Part shown: positions 51,933-64,000 of the stretch, piece after piece
Layout of the letters: the number at the start of each line of letters is the position of its first letter
Numbering within the stretch: position 1 is the first letter of the stretch
Source of the DNA: Psammoneis japonica
Lineage: Eukaryota
Reading direction: 5' to 3'
Length of the DNA: 64,000 nt
NCBI GenBank assembly: GCA_008632985.1
Contig: QPGO01000082.1
Location: 1 to 64,000, forward strand
Notes under the pieces: model-generated
Told to the model about the DNA's origin: nothing
The model's database searches: none
What the model saw: the letters and a program-made list of their open reading frames with translations, nothing else
Translations under genes and position numbers: made by a program

Positions 51933-52194
51933 AGTAGCATCGCTATTCGGGTTCGTTCGCTGAATCCAGATTCCTTGAACGAACCTGGAGAAAGGTGAGC
52001 CGTTCCCCACCCCTCAAGAACGCGCCAAGGCCCTTCCGACCCTCCCCTGGGATGACGTCGGGACGAGCCTGCACCACAGCGAGGGGACGAAGGAGAGTCT
52101 CCTTCTCCGGTCCACACCGGGGAGGATGCCAACGGCACGGTGAGAACCCGTTGTCGTTCGCCACGGTCCATGGGGACTGCCACCACCCGCTACT
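51933..52194 (+). ncRNA. Candidate GC-rich structured non-coding RNA (~260 nt), unassigned
   Basis: Terminal AGTAGC/GCTACT and several hairpins: GGTTCGTTC/GAACGAACC, TCCGAC/GTCGGG, AAGGAG/CTCCTT, CTCCGGT/ACCGGGG, CAACGG/CCGTTG. Confidence 0.35.
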
Positions 52195-52311
52195 TAAAGG
52201 AATATGAGATACTTTGTCATAGCGAGACATTCTACGACTTAGAGTGTTAAGAACTGACCTAAGCACGTTCATCAAAACCCGAGAAAGCCAAACGGGTTCA
52301 TCAATCATGGG

Positions 52312-54283
52312 CTATCCACCTAATCGAGCCGCAGCCGCAGCAGCCATTAGTTCGCGCTTGTGCTTCGATACGCAGTCAGAGCTGCAATACTCATAATCAA
52401 GTCTATGAAACATTTGCGACCTTCGACCCTTCATCTTCTTCTGACAAAAGTCGCATACATTCTTCTCGCCTTTCGCTTTGGGAAGGAGCCCATCACGAAC
52501 ACGCTTGGCATCCTCGGCTTTCTTTCTTTGCTCGTCCTGCTCCTTCTGCAGCTTTTCAGCTTTCTCCTTCTCGGCACGTTCCTTTGCCTTCCTTTCTTTC
52601 TGTCGCGCTCGCTGTCTCCTTTTCTTTTCTGCGGCTTTGTCTTGTTTGCGTGCAAGCGCCTCATCATCCAGCGGAGGACCAACTTTGGCGTCCAGATCCC
52701 ACGCCCATGCTTCTTCCCCAAGATTGGCTCGAGCGGTGCGAAACGCATTTCTGACCTTCTCATTTGACGCTAAGAAATACGGTGGGCGATTTCGACCATC
52801 AACGAGGCAAGGGTTGGCTCCAAACTGTTCCAACAATATAGAAACGCACTCTGCGGCAACTTTCTGATCTACAAGCAAACTATCGTCACTGCTAGGGTTT
52901 TCGTTGGTAGACGCAGCGGCAAAATGAAGTGGCGTCATCTCTTCGGGCCCGGCACGGTCGTGAATTGTTTCCAGTTTGCATTCATGGTGATGCTTGAGTA
53001 TTTCCTTTAAGGCGGTCAAGTCCCCTGTAGCCGCAGCGAGATGGAGCGGACTAAGCGCCTTGATTTCAACAGAGCTTTCTAGCTTCGGATTCTCCGGTGG
53101 TTGCTCTTCAGTTTTACTCGTGTCGATACTTTCCGCAGCCATCGGCATCTTGTTGCTATCAGTTTCCTCAATCTCTACTTCTCGTACAGTCATGTCCATC
53201 AATATATCGTAGACAGTGCAGACAGTTTCATAGGTTGGACGTCCGACGTCTAGAGGAATCTTCCTCAATCTCTCATCTCTGCGGTCCAAAACTCCCTCCA
53301 CAAACAAATCCTTCTTCATTGTGGACGGGCAGGAGATCAACACATGAGAAGCATTTTCAATGTACGGCTGCCATTCTCTCAATGTAGACATGACGTCCTC
53401 CCGTAGTGCAATTTCTTCCGCCCTGCGTAATTGAGCTCCCATTGAATTGGCTTTTTGCTTCGAACTATCAAGAGATGATTGTGCTCTACCCTGTTTTTTC
53501 CGAATGGTGTATCTTTGATGGGCCTGGTACGTCGATTGTAAGATAGAATAGTCGCACGACCAAAATTAGATGATGATGAGTGGAAAAGTCGGTACGAGGT
53601 AGTCTGCATTGACATCTGCCCACCTTGTGCGCAACACATTTGTCTTTTCGAAAGACCCCTCCAGCAAATCTTCCACTCTTTAGGAGCAACAAAACGATTG
53701 GTTTGTCTAACGTCACCATGTCCGTCACCACCTTGAGATAAGAACGACAAACTGCAGCATGATCAAACTGAGTCTGCTTTCGTGTCAAGACAAGAGTGGG
53801 TGCTTCCAAAGTTAAACCGTCATCATTCAAAGCAAAGGAGAGCCGTGGGATCATGGCTGACTGCTTTACTAAATATTTGTTTTCTTTCATGGTCTTTTTC
53901 TCTCGCGTCTTCCTGGTGTGCTTGGGCGTCGTTGACTCTTTCTTACTCTTACTCTCGTCGTCCGTGGGGGGTAACAACAGGTGCTGATCTTCCTTGGGGC
54001 TCCCAGAAGAGTTCTCACCGCTACCACCATCAGTACCTTGTAATTCTTCTTCTTCTTCTTCTTCCGATGATGACGAAGACGCCTCGTGCTCATCATCGGA
54101 CAGCCAAGGCTTTCCTTCGGATTCCTCCGAATCCGAGTTAAACGGCAGTACGGCCGTGCTATCAAACGTGGACGAGCCATCCGTTCGCTGATGAGAGGAC
54201 GAGGATTTCTTCTCAATGTGTTGCGACGCTTCTCGCAGCAACTCCAGCGCTTCGTCCGAATAAAGCTTGACTATCCTTGCCAT
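52312..54283 (-). CDS. ANKZF1: ANKZF1/Vms1 (VLRF1 domain, ankyrin repeats, coiled coil, C-terminal treble-clef); 2 exons
   Basis: LLKSGRFAGGVF...AHK|AHQRYTIRKKQGRAQS (intron 53524-53623), SMGAQLRRA, ankyrin SPLHLAA and TPLHFAA, CDFC...FHRLDYEYCSSDC. Confidence 0.9.
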
Positions 54284-54732
54284 GCCGCCAGTATGTACGC
54301 GACGTGTTGCTTTCTACTTCTAGGGCCCTCTCTAGCTAGCAGGCTTTAATAATGTACTTATCACCGGAACCCACCACGCACGGAGCGATAGCAGCTGATA
54401 AAACGAGCACAACGAAAAGCAAGCGCGCGAGGGAGTCGTCGTCAAAACTTTCGGGTGTCGGTGCGGTGTAACCCTAACCTTAAGATCCCTCGTCAAAATG
54501 ACCCACTTTCTCTCCCTTCACTTTTTTCTCTCTCACAGTCTTCTTGGAGACACTTTACTGACAACTGAACTCTTAGAACCGCGCCAAAGCCATTGCTCAC
54601 CATGGGATCAAAGTCTTTGGTTTGGTTTTGATTCTGCAACATGACTCCTCCTCTCTGCTGCTGTGCGCCCCAAAAAGCTGCTTCGGGCGAGTCCTCAGCC
54701 AGCAGAGTGTCAGCAGAGTCAGCTCGGAAACA

Positions 54733-57700
54733 ATGGCGCCATTTGCTCTGACTCCAGCTCAGGCACAACAGGACACTTGTGGCCCAAAATCACCCAGCAG
54801 CAGCACAGCGGCAGCAGCAGCTTGGGCCCAGGATGTTGTGGCCTTCCTGGAGGTTTCAAGAATCTCCTCTGGAAGATTGTTGACAGCAGACAGAGCTGGA
54901 AATAACCAGAGCTTTTGGGGAGATGCATGCCCACAGACAGAGTTGCACAGTGCAAGGCATGAGGGTGTCACAAAAGGTGGTCATGAGATGACACTCTGAA
55001 AGGAGGCAAAGGATGATGAGTGCGAGAGTCTGTCGGGGGCGAAGGAGCACCACATGATCTGGCAATCTCTTGTTGTTGAAGGCAGCAATTTGGGAGAGTC
55101 ATTTCAATGACAGTGCTGCCACCAGCATCATCTGCACCAAGCTCACACCAACCTCAACACATGGTGCTTCCTGTCAACAACTGGTCATGACATTGCCAAG
55201 TTCAGCCAGCGCATCTCGTTGCTCTTGGTGGCACACTCAGCTCATTGTGAGGCAAGACCACTGAGGACTTGCTTGCCAACTCATTCAAGGGACACTCCTT
55301 GGCTGAGTTTGACAAGGCAGCCATTTGTCAAATGCATCACATGCAAGCAGGAAGAGAGTGAGGAGAAGGAAGTGACAAGATGGTGCTGAAGCTCATGACC
55401 CCAGCAAAGAGAAAGTGCAAGAATTTCTTTCAGAAGGAGAAGTGGAGTGCCCTGAGAAGTCCAGCAACCCTTCTGACAAGCATGGGAGCCATCAGATTGA
55501 AAAAAAAACAGTGTCAAATGTTGCCTGCTCCAGAGCATGAGCTTGCTGCAGCTTGGTCTGACCCATTCTTGAGCCAGACATGCAGCAGCAATGGGGGCAG
55601 AACTGTGGAGTGCTGCATTGCAAAAAAATGACATTGACCACAGCAGCTTCTGACTCCCAGAAGCCAATGTCCCAACAAAGCTGCAGCTTCAAAAGGCCAA
55701 AAGACATGCCAGAGCACTGAGGAGACCAACCAGCCCCCATCCAAGGGTTGTTGTGTGGCACGTGGGGCAACTTGAGAGGCCAGTGCTGATGAAGCCACCT
55801 TGCCCCAAGTTTGCTGTGGGGTCTCATCCACAAAAAGCATGCAACTGACCCAAGAGCATCCAACAGGCACTGCTTCAGAGCATGTGTGACAGAAGGGCTT
55901 GCCTGGGAGGCAGGTTGAGTGCATTTTCATGTTTTCCAAGGTGATGAGCACTGACCTGACAGTGTGGGCAAGCAAGAAGCCCAGCTTGGACAATTCACCT
56001 GCAAGAGGATCAACAGCAGGTGGCCACAAAACACTTGGCAGAGGGACAGCAATGCTGGACTAGATGCAAAAGAGGGGGACAGGGTCAAAGAATGTGCCTG
56101 AGATGCTGGAGAGCCTGTGGTGCCTGCCACAAACAAGGAGGTGCGCTCCTTTGCTGAGCCCTGCAATTTGTCAGCTCACCACTGCCAGCAGCACCAGTCA
56201 TCATGTTGCTGGCGCCAATGTGTGTGCACCAAGGCAGTGTGCCAGGCAATGAGGTGGCTTGCAGCTTAGCATCTGTTGTCAGTGGCTGACACAGCACATC
56301 ATCTGTCAGCTTGATCATTCCTGTGGAGCACTGCTGAAGGAAAGGGTCTGTTGAGGTGCCCAGAAAATGACTCAAGGCAAAACACTTGGACACTTCTTGC
56401 AGGCATCTCTGGTGTGGTGCAGTGGTGCCACAGGTCTGTGTGTTGCTCCACCGCTGGTGGTGTGGTGATGACCAAGGTGGCAATCCACTGGGAATGTGCC
56501 ATTGAGTGCTTTTGCTTTGCAGGACAAGTGTCCCCCCTGAAGCTCCACAGGTGACTTTGCCAAGATTCAATCATGATGCAGCTGGGAGGAAAGATTGCAC
56601 TCCACAAAAGCAAGCTCAAGCAATGAGACAGCAACTGCAATTTATCATCCAATGGGCCAGCCACATCTGGGGTGTTGGTGCAAAGTCTCTCTTCAGAATC
56701 AGGTCTGCAATGAAGTCAGTTGGAAACAAATGCACACTGTGGCCAGCCACTCTCAAAGCAAGGGGACATCAGCCCATGCATCCAGCAATGGCACTGAGTC
56801 TGAGCTTGTGCTGTTGAGACAGCTGCAGAACTGCTTTTGGCTGAGAACCCAGGGTGCAATGCACTGCATGGGGGATCAGACTTCTCTGCTGACAAGGAGG
56901 TGGGAATCAACCAGCAACCTGATGTGAAGTGCTGCAGCACCTGCTGCTGAGAACCCAAGAGGATGCTGGAATCCAAACTAAGAAAAAGTGAGTCCAGGTC
57001 ACAGCCTGTGCAACACTGGATGATGCAAGCCATGATGCAAAGTGCAGCTTGTCAATGGATGATCAAGCAATGGACTCAGCCACAAAACAGTCCCAAGGAT
57101 TCAGCTTTCAAGCCCTGCATCTGGCATCTGGTGCAAATGAGATGGCAACCAGATGAAAAGGGCTGCTGGATGTGGCTGTGGGTTCCTCTGGTGCCAGCAT
57201 GACTGGAGTGCCAGTGGATTGCAAGGAGGATGGTGGAGTGACAGTGTCACCCCATGCAGAAACACCAGGGCCATTGGCTGCAGCAATGATTGGGTCTAAA
57301 AACAGGGATGGGCCACCTGCCATCATCAAAGTTGGGATGAAAAACCATGAAAGGAAACAAGGTCACACCAACATTTGTGAGAACTGCCTGCACTGCAGCA
57401 GCAGTTGTGGCAGTGGCCAGACTCTGTGTCACAGCTGCCAGACCATGCACTGTGGTGACATCATCCAATGCTGTGATTGCAATGATGCCTCTGCATTGCT
57501 GGGCCAGTGCTGCCAACCAAAACAGGGCTGGGGCTCATCTTGAGGGCCATCATGCCATTTGCCAGAAAGAGAGAGCTGGGTCTAATGTCAAAAAAGAGCT
57601 TTGGTGAAATGAAAGTGGTGGTGTGGCAACAGGCATTGCCAGAGGCACTGCAGCAGCTTGAGTTGCTGTCCATGCACTGGATGAGTGCTGGCCCCAATTG

Positions 57701-57900
57701 CAAGTCAACATGGACATCCAAGCAAAGGAAGAGACAGAGGTGCAGCTTGCAGCAGCAACCAAACTTGCTCTCCACTCATTGATGAGCAAAGCAATGTTGA
57801 TGAGAAGAAGCAGTGAGCCTGCAGTGGCTTGTTCTGGTGTCTTGCAGTGCATGGCACTTCTTCCATGTCAGTCATCTGATGAGGAAGCAGCATGTCACAA
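54733..57900 (+). mobile_element. Highly decayed Copia-type gag(-pol) remnant
   Basis: MAPFALTPAQA start, TTEDLLANSFKGH (~55257-55295, resembling diatom Copia gag DLLxNLFKGY as I recall it), LMTPAKRKCK...KW. Downstream pol motifs only faintly visible. Confidence 0.5.
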
Positions 57901-57949
57901 CTGAAACCCCCCTGTGAGAGCATGGGGGAGGAACAGCCCACTTTCTCCC

Positions 57950-60450
57950 ATTGGTCTCTAATCTTCACCACATTGCCAGTTGCACACCACAGTCTGCAGA
58001 GATGTCAGTGTGGCTTGCAGTGCAATTGTGCATTGACCCATCCTCAAGTCAATGTGTGAGTGACTTGCAAGAGAGGAAGACACACAAGGAAATTGTCTTT
58101 AGAGCCTTGTGGGAATTTGACCAGGGGACTGCTTCTTGGCAATTCATGCTCTTCAAAACCTTGGATGGCATTTCCTTGTGGTGACTCATGTGTGCTTTCC
58201 ATTCTTTGAATTTGCAAAAGCCTTGCACACACTGGGCACCTGCTTTTGAAATTGCACACAATGTGCTCCCAAGAATGGTGCTTTTCAAGTCTGTTGAACA
58301 CAGTTCAAGCTTGAAAACAAGGAGGCTCCTCCTCTCCTGTCACATTGTCATCTGCTGCTGAATGCTCTTCAATCTCTTCCTTGTTGAGCACTTGCACCTT
58401 GTGCACTTGATCCAAGTTTCTTTGCTGCTTGCAGCACTGCTTCATGTTCTTTGCCTGTGGCTTTTAAGTGCAACTCAAACATTGGGTTTTTCATGGCTGG
58501 TCAAACAACAGATCCAGTTGCAGACATGTCAATGTTGCTCTTTCTTGCACACCTCACAAGCAAGACAAATCCATGTGACACTGGCAATTCAACACATGCT
58601 TTGGCTCTGTGGTGATGCCAAATCCTCCCCAACTCTTCCTCTCTGGATTTGTGTGCTTTTGCAAACACTCCTCACAACTGCATGACTGGCACACTGGCTC
58701 TTTCCACTGCTGCATCTTGTCTCCAACCAGCAACATTTTCTCTCTGGCTTCATCTCACAATGCTCAAATTGCACTGCCAAAGATTTTAACACCATCACTT
58801 CACAATGTGGCTTGACACCAGCTTTGGGACATTCCTTGTGAATGTGACTTGACATGGCACACACTCCAAGCCTCAAGAAATGATGTTGGTTAGAAGCAAG
58901 ATCTGCGGCGGTGTTGCTCAGGTCATGGGATTGCATCCCACTGGAAGACACATCAACTTGATGCATTTTGCAAATGTTCTTCCTTGCCACTTCCTTTTTT
59001 GCCACTTTGAACCATGCTGGAACTTGTTTTGAATTGTGGGCCCCAGCAAAATGATTTGTTAAAATCAAAAGCACTTCACTGTCCTTTCAAATGCTGGCTC
59101 ATTTTGAGGAAATGGCGGTGTGTGAGCTTTTGCACTTTAGAAGTCATCCTGTGCTTGATTTTCAACACTTTTGAACTCTTGCTGCCAATCTTCATCAGAT
59201 CCTGGCAACCCCACCACCCAATCTTCAAAGCCCAGTGCACTGGTGTGGTGAGGGACTGATCTCATCTGACAATGAAGCATGGTGCCCCACTTGCTTCTTC
59301 AGGTTGCCAAAACACACAGATTGTGCGACACCTGTCAAAAATGAAAAAATGCCACTGTGCGCTGCACTGCACTCCTTGGGGATTTTTTGTTGTCACAGTC
59401 AATTGCAGCACATGTCTTGGCAAAAGAATGGCGCAACACACAACAGCCACTGTGCCACTCAAATGACCCAAGAGTTTTGCATTGGAGACGTTTGGCGCAC
59501 CAATCATCAACAAGTCATTGAGGTGCAATGAATTCTTTCCACTGTCTTTGTTCCTCCACCAATCAGGTTGCTGCTCAACCCTTTTCCAAGAGTGAAGATG
59601 ATCATTTTGCACACTGTGTCACAGTGCCACCAATGTTGGAGTGGAGCAACATGACTCTTTTGAGTTGATTGGGAATTGTGCAGAGGAGGTGTGGTTGGAC
59701 AAGTGCTGGTGAGTTGCAGCTGTGATCACTGGGGTCATTTGCATGCAGGCTGTTTTTGCTGCACTCTGAAGCTGCTGTTGCAGGTTTCAAGAAATGACGG
59801 GGATGCTTCCAAGGAGAAATGGTGCTTGGTGGCATCATTTGGGGTCTTGGACAACAAGCACACAAGCCATGAAGGGTGTTTGGCCACCTTGGAGCATGAT
59901 TTGTTCAAGTCAACTACACCCTGACAAGCCATGTTGCACATGTTGTGTGCATGTTGGCACTTCCAACATTTGAGCATGGACAACCATCACAGGACCAGAA
60001 GGGGCCAGCAACTCCCAGAGGGGGGGAGAGGACAAAGAAGGAGGAACAGGGGGGGGAGAAAGAAAGGAGAGAGGGAGGGGTTGTTGCAAAAGCAGCAAGC
60101 TTGATCTAAAATGTGGAAGAAGTGGTCTGGAGAGTGACTCTCAACTCTTTTTCCATCTTCACAGCCAGTGCATCAGATCTCTGGGTGACTTGCATGTTGA
60201 AAAGCAAGGCACCAACGCAGCACTGTGGCATTGAAAAGCAGCTTCAGTGTTGGCTTTGTGCAAAAATCTGTGTCGTGCCAGATGTTTTCCTCCAAAACAC
60301 AACATGGCAGTTGATTTTGTTGCTGTCACTTGTCCTCAGAAGCTGCAGGGTGCAGGTTTTTCACAAAAGCTGCGGGGTGCGCAGACAGCTGCGGGGCACA
60401 TGTTTCACCTAAAAGCTGCAGGGCACGGAAAGCTACGGGGCGCAGGATAG
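57950..60450 (-). mobile_element. Decayed DNA transposon, probably hAT superfamily
   Basis: Frameshifted C..DHVLQLT (hAT CxxH-like, ~59395-59425), GWWGCQDLM (hAT RWxS-like, ~59200), short subterminal repeats at 60341-60446. Terminal inverted repeats not identified. Confidence 0.45.
60341..60446 (+). repeat. Five copies of a 13-bp motif AGCTRCRGGGYRC
   Basis: Copies start at 60341, 60368, 60387, 60414 and 60431. Confidence 0.85.
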
Positions 60451-60879
60451 CATTGTGTCCGGCTCAGTCTACCGTACGCTTCAGGCTAGTTCTAAGAGGT
60501 TTTACTCTCTTTCTACTAGAGAGCTGAGGAGGGTACAGATCGTCTCCATGTCAGCCTGCAAAATGGAATTGGTGCAATTTACTGCAATATTGTTATGCTC
60601 GTCTGTAGTTTCTTCACCGTGAGAAAAGGACGGATAGAAAGCATCCCTGGCAATCGACGCGAAGCCAATGATCTTGATATCGATAGAGGCTGTGCGCCAT
60701 GTGCTTTTTTTTCTTTTTTGTAAGTGCAGTTACAATCAGGTGAAAAACTTAACCTTCAATTACCAAAAGATAGTTCATTTAGGCGAGCGCCATCGTCTCT
60801 TAAGCAGACCATGGCATTAAAGACGCAGCCCTTAGCACTCCAAAAAATTACTTCATTGCGTCAGCCATTCCTCCAACTT

Positions 60880-61140
60880 CTAGCAATCATGCCGACGACT
60901 CGGCTTGAACTCATGCTCAAGCGGTGGAAAGCCTTCGCTTGTACCCAAACCACATTCACCCACAGCTGCGACGATCTCCTTGTTTTCTTGTAACAGTCTC
61001 TTAACAGTTTCCAACTTTTTTCTCATCGGCAGTGCTTCTTCGCCCAAAAGATATTGATGGGCACCGACCGTTGTCTTGATGGGAATCATCGCGTTTGTAT
61101 GAGAGTGTCTCCAATCCGACTTGGGCCTCAACTAAAGATG
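60880..61140 (-). pseudogene. TatD-family DNase fragment
   Basis: IKTTVGAH... and EIVAAVGECGLGTSEGFPPLE resemble the TatD TVGvHP and AvGEcGLD motifs. Truncated. Confidence 0.6.
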
Positions 61141-61435
61141 GCGAGAGCATGGCCACAATGTTAGATTCTTTCATAGCGTTTTGTTGTATAATATCAAAAG
61201 CAGATTTTCCATCGTCATGAGGTCCTGAGTGACAAGAAACGGGTTGATGGCTTGATTGCTGACGTGATGGTGTGGGTAGACATAATTCCGATGTCAGCCT
61301 TGAGGAATGTATTGCTGCAGTCAATGTTGGTACAAAGGAAATTCTCATCGGCAAGAACAAAGAACAAATTTAAGACAGCAAGTTCGTTCTGTTCCCGCTT
61401 TCTAGATCAGTGAAAAGCAGATACCGTAGTGCAGG

Positions 61436-61770
61436 ATCGATTGATGTACTGATGCAATCGCGATTGAGACCATTTTCAATGCGAAAACGCTTCAGAACAA
61501 AACAGGTCGAGAAGAACGTCATGGCAGGCAACGAGCTTCAACCGTCAACGCCATCATATGCGCAACCACGATAGCTAAGATCCGTTGTCAATTCCATTTC
61601 ATCGATTGATGTACTGATGCAATCGCGCTTGAGACCATTTTCGATGCGAAAACGCTTCAGAAAACAAAACAGGTCGAGAAGAACGTCATGGCAGGCAACG
61701 AGCTTCAACCGTCAACGCCATCATATGCGCAACCACGATAGCTGAGATCCGTTGTCAATTCAATTTCATC
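61436..61770. repeat. Near-identical tandem duplication, ~165 bp period
   Basis: atcgattgatgtactgatgcaatcgcg... starts at 61436 and again at 61601. Confidence 0.9.
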
Positions 61771-61808
61771 CAGTTTTAAATAGGCTCCCGCAAAAACCTT
61801 CTTAAAAT

Positions 61809-62145
61809 GAACCGTTCACCAGCGGAACTCGTCAGAACGATCTCGATGAAGAATAGAAGACAACAGAACGTCGCGGCGGCTAATCACATCCACTCTCCAC
61901 CGTGAGTATCCATACGGGAAGGAGTCGCCGTGCCCGTGACCATGCCCGCAGCGAGACGCGTCTCCGTACAACAGCTCCTTACTGAACCATTCACCAGACG
62001 AACTCGTCGGAACGATCTCGATGAAGAATAAGGTAGAAGACAACTGAACGTCGCGCCGGCTCATCACATCCACGCTCCACAGTGGGTATCCATACCGGGA
62101 GGAGTCGCCGTGCCCGTATCCATCCCAGCAGCGAGACGCGTCCTC
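61809..62145. repeat. Diverged tandem duplication, ~176 bp period
   Basis: aactcgtc.gaacgatctcgatgaagaata...ggagtcgccgtgcccgt...gcagcgagacgcgtc occurs twice. Confidence 0.85.
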
Positions 62146-62159
62146 ATGGTCGGATGATG

Positions 62160-62944
62160 ATGGAAGTTCTTTTTCAGGATGTCCAAAGTCAATCTGGTAA
62201 TATTCATGGAACAAACGTGACAGACTTGCGACGACTCCACGTTATAGGAATTCAATGCCTTCACGTCGGTCCATCCAAGAATGTCCTTACTCCAGGGTTT
62301 GAGCGACGAAGGATACGCATGGACCCTTTGAAACCCAAGACACTCGCCATGGTACTGAACGGAATAATGCGATATCTGACGTGCTCATGTATCAATTCTC
62401 ATTGTTGAATCGCCCATCAAGGTCAATTTGCGTGCGTCTCACGCTGAACAAAGAAGACACTTGATCATAGGATCGACGTCGCAGAAACTCGTACCCGAAT
62501 TGGCTTTCCAAATAGCAATCAAGCCCCACCAACACTGGCTGGAGTGTACTCAACTCGAACGACAGTAGTGACACCATCTTCCATCACAAAGCCCATCATT
62601 TTTGCTGCAAATCGTATTTTGGCACCAGGCTGCCGTGTTTCGCCGCGCAGCAACCGAACACGATTTTCAGTACCCAAATGCGGAGAGCCGTCCACAAGTA
62701 TTCTCTCAGGCGTCCCATGCTTGCTAAGTGTCTGCAAGACATGTCGTAAATTGTGCGAGGTTGCGTCCAATGTGTGTCGTGAGCTTTCGATCACTGCACG
62801 TTCCGGCGCCACAAACAATATTTGGAATCCTTGTTCAAGAAACGTCTGCGCACGAGAGTTTCGAAATTCAATATCCTTTCCTCGTGCTTCAATTGGATGA
62901 CCACGTTCAAGCAGTATAGGCAAACAGGCGCCTAATACTGCCAA
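62160..62944 (-). pseudogene. Possible fragment of a cellular RNA-dependent RNA polymerase (RDR/QDE-1 family)
   Basis: Weak but correctly ordered motif resemblance: LLERG.., PGAK..AAKMMG, FVMEDG, YTPASVGGA, IRVRVS, LDILKKNFH. Contains stops and frameshifts. Confidence 0.3.
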
Positions 62945-63391
62945 TTATTGTAGCCCACAAATAACCTCGCAGGTCCAGCTCCAACAATCACTACACGGGG
63001 CTCGTCTGATTCTGACGTACGGTTGTTTTCAAACAACCTAGCCATCCATGTCGTAAGAGTAGAGACGGTTCCCCTGCTTATACGGTAAGTACAAAGACAA
63101 GAGTCAGATTCGGTCGCTTATGAGGTATTGTGAGAATGAAATGCATTATGATGAATTACATACCTTTGTATCAAACTGGAGGGATGTACAAGACAAGGCA
63201 AACAATAGTGGAGCCTGCTCAAGCACAAAAGTGTCACTGTCAAGCTCAAGAGTGGATAGGATACGGGTGGCTCTGAAAGAACAGATTATGGCAAAAGTTG
63301 GACAAGGTGACAGGCAAGTGCGGAATGCTCTCCTCGACCCAACTGCTTAACACTGACTCTCCCTCTCAATTCCAATAGTCCAACATGTCCC

Positions 63392-64000
63392 TCACAATTC
63401 CTCCACCACTCTCTCAATAGCGAACGGCAGCATAGTGTAATGCGTTCCGAACAACCAGCCACCTCTGGCCTCGGCCATTTTGACTACGCCGCACATGATA
63501 AGCAGCGTATCGGACGTCACTTTCTTAATCGCCAATGCAACCATTTGAGGCAAATCCGTAGCCCTCAAACACAACTTGGTCAGGCAGGAAGCTAGAATGG
63601 TTCAAAAGAAGACGTTGCCACCAATCATCATCATGCGCAAATGATAAGCATTATCCGACTCGTCCGAAAGAACGGCTTCGGAGTAGACAGTTTGGGTTGC
63701 ATAAGTAACGTCGGCCGACACAACGTTCTTTTTGGGAGCCTCTCCTTCTTCGTGCTTCTCTTCATGATTCTCTTCCTTGGCAATCAAGAATGGGGTCGGA
63801 CCTAACTGATCGAAAATAGTTTCAAAGGCCTCCATGTCGGTTTCCTCCGTATCCGAGTGTAGTCTATGTATTCACCCAAGATCCAGAGACATACGTGCAT
63901 TATGCTGCTGGAAGAAATGTCCTCGACGAAGCCCAACAACTTGGGCGAGATAGATCCTTGCAGTGCGGGGTACTGTTCCACAATGGCTCCGACAAAAAGA
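63392..64000 (-). pseudogene. Coatomer beta subunit (beta-COP) internal fragment, disrupted
   Basis: CLWILGEY, VSADVTYATQT (family ADGTYAT), LRMMMIGGNVFF*TILASCLTKLCLR. In-frame stop at 63602-63604 plus a frameshift. Confidence 0.75.

Larger units (their letters stand above)
54490..60450. other. Second CpG/TpA-depleted decayed transposon block
   Basis: Same TG/CA-rich, nearly TA- and CG-free composition as 6150-17230, with sharp edges. Confidence 0.88.

Overview
Eukaryotic nuclear DNA, very likely a diatom: compact genes, ~80-160 bp GT-AG introns, ASAFAP-like bipartite plastid presequences and diatom-type Copia remnants. About 20 protein genes are supported, including PLRG1, an FHA-RING ligase, RUVBL1, lumazine synthase, a 2-hydroxyacid dehydrogenase, EMC10, an ABC1 kinase, band-7/HIR, an HSL-family lipase, a SPRY protein, ANKZF1 and several Pro/Thr-rich surface proteins. 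Two large decayed transposon blocks (~6.15-17.2 kb and ~54.5-60.45 kb) and two clusters of broken host-gene fragments interrupt them. Two observations stand out. (1) Five tandem units at 47018-47637 share an invariant internal-loop sequence closed by helices with compensatory base changes and G-U pairs on the + strand. This looks like a conserved structured RNA motif that I cannot assign to a known family. (2) The transposon blocks and part of a duplicated host gene have lost both CpG and TpA to TpG/CpA, and conserved Tyr codons read His or Cys. This points to repeat-targeted hypermutation whose TpA component runs opposite to fungal RIP. All calls are from reading the sequence by eye; no searches or folding programs were run.
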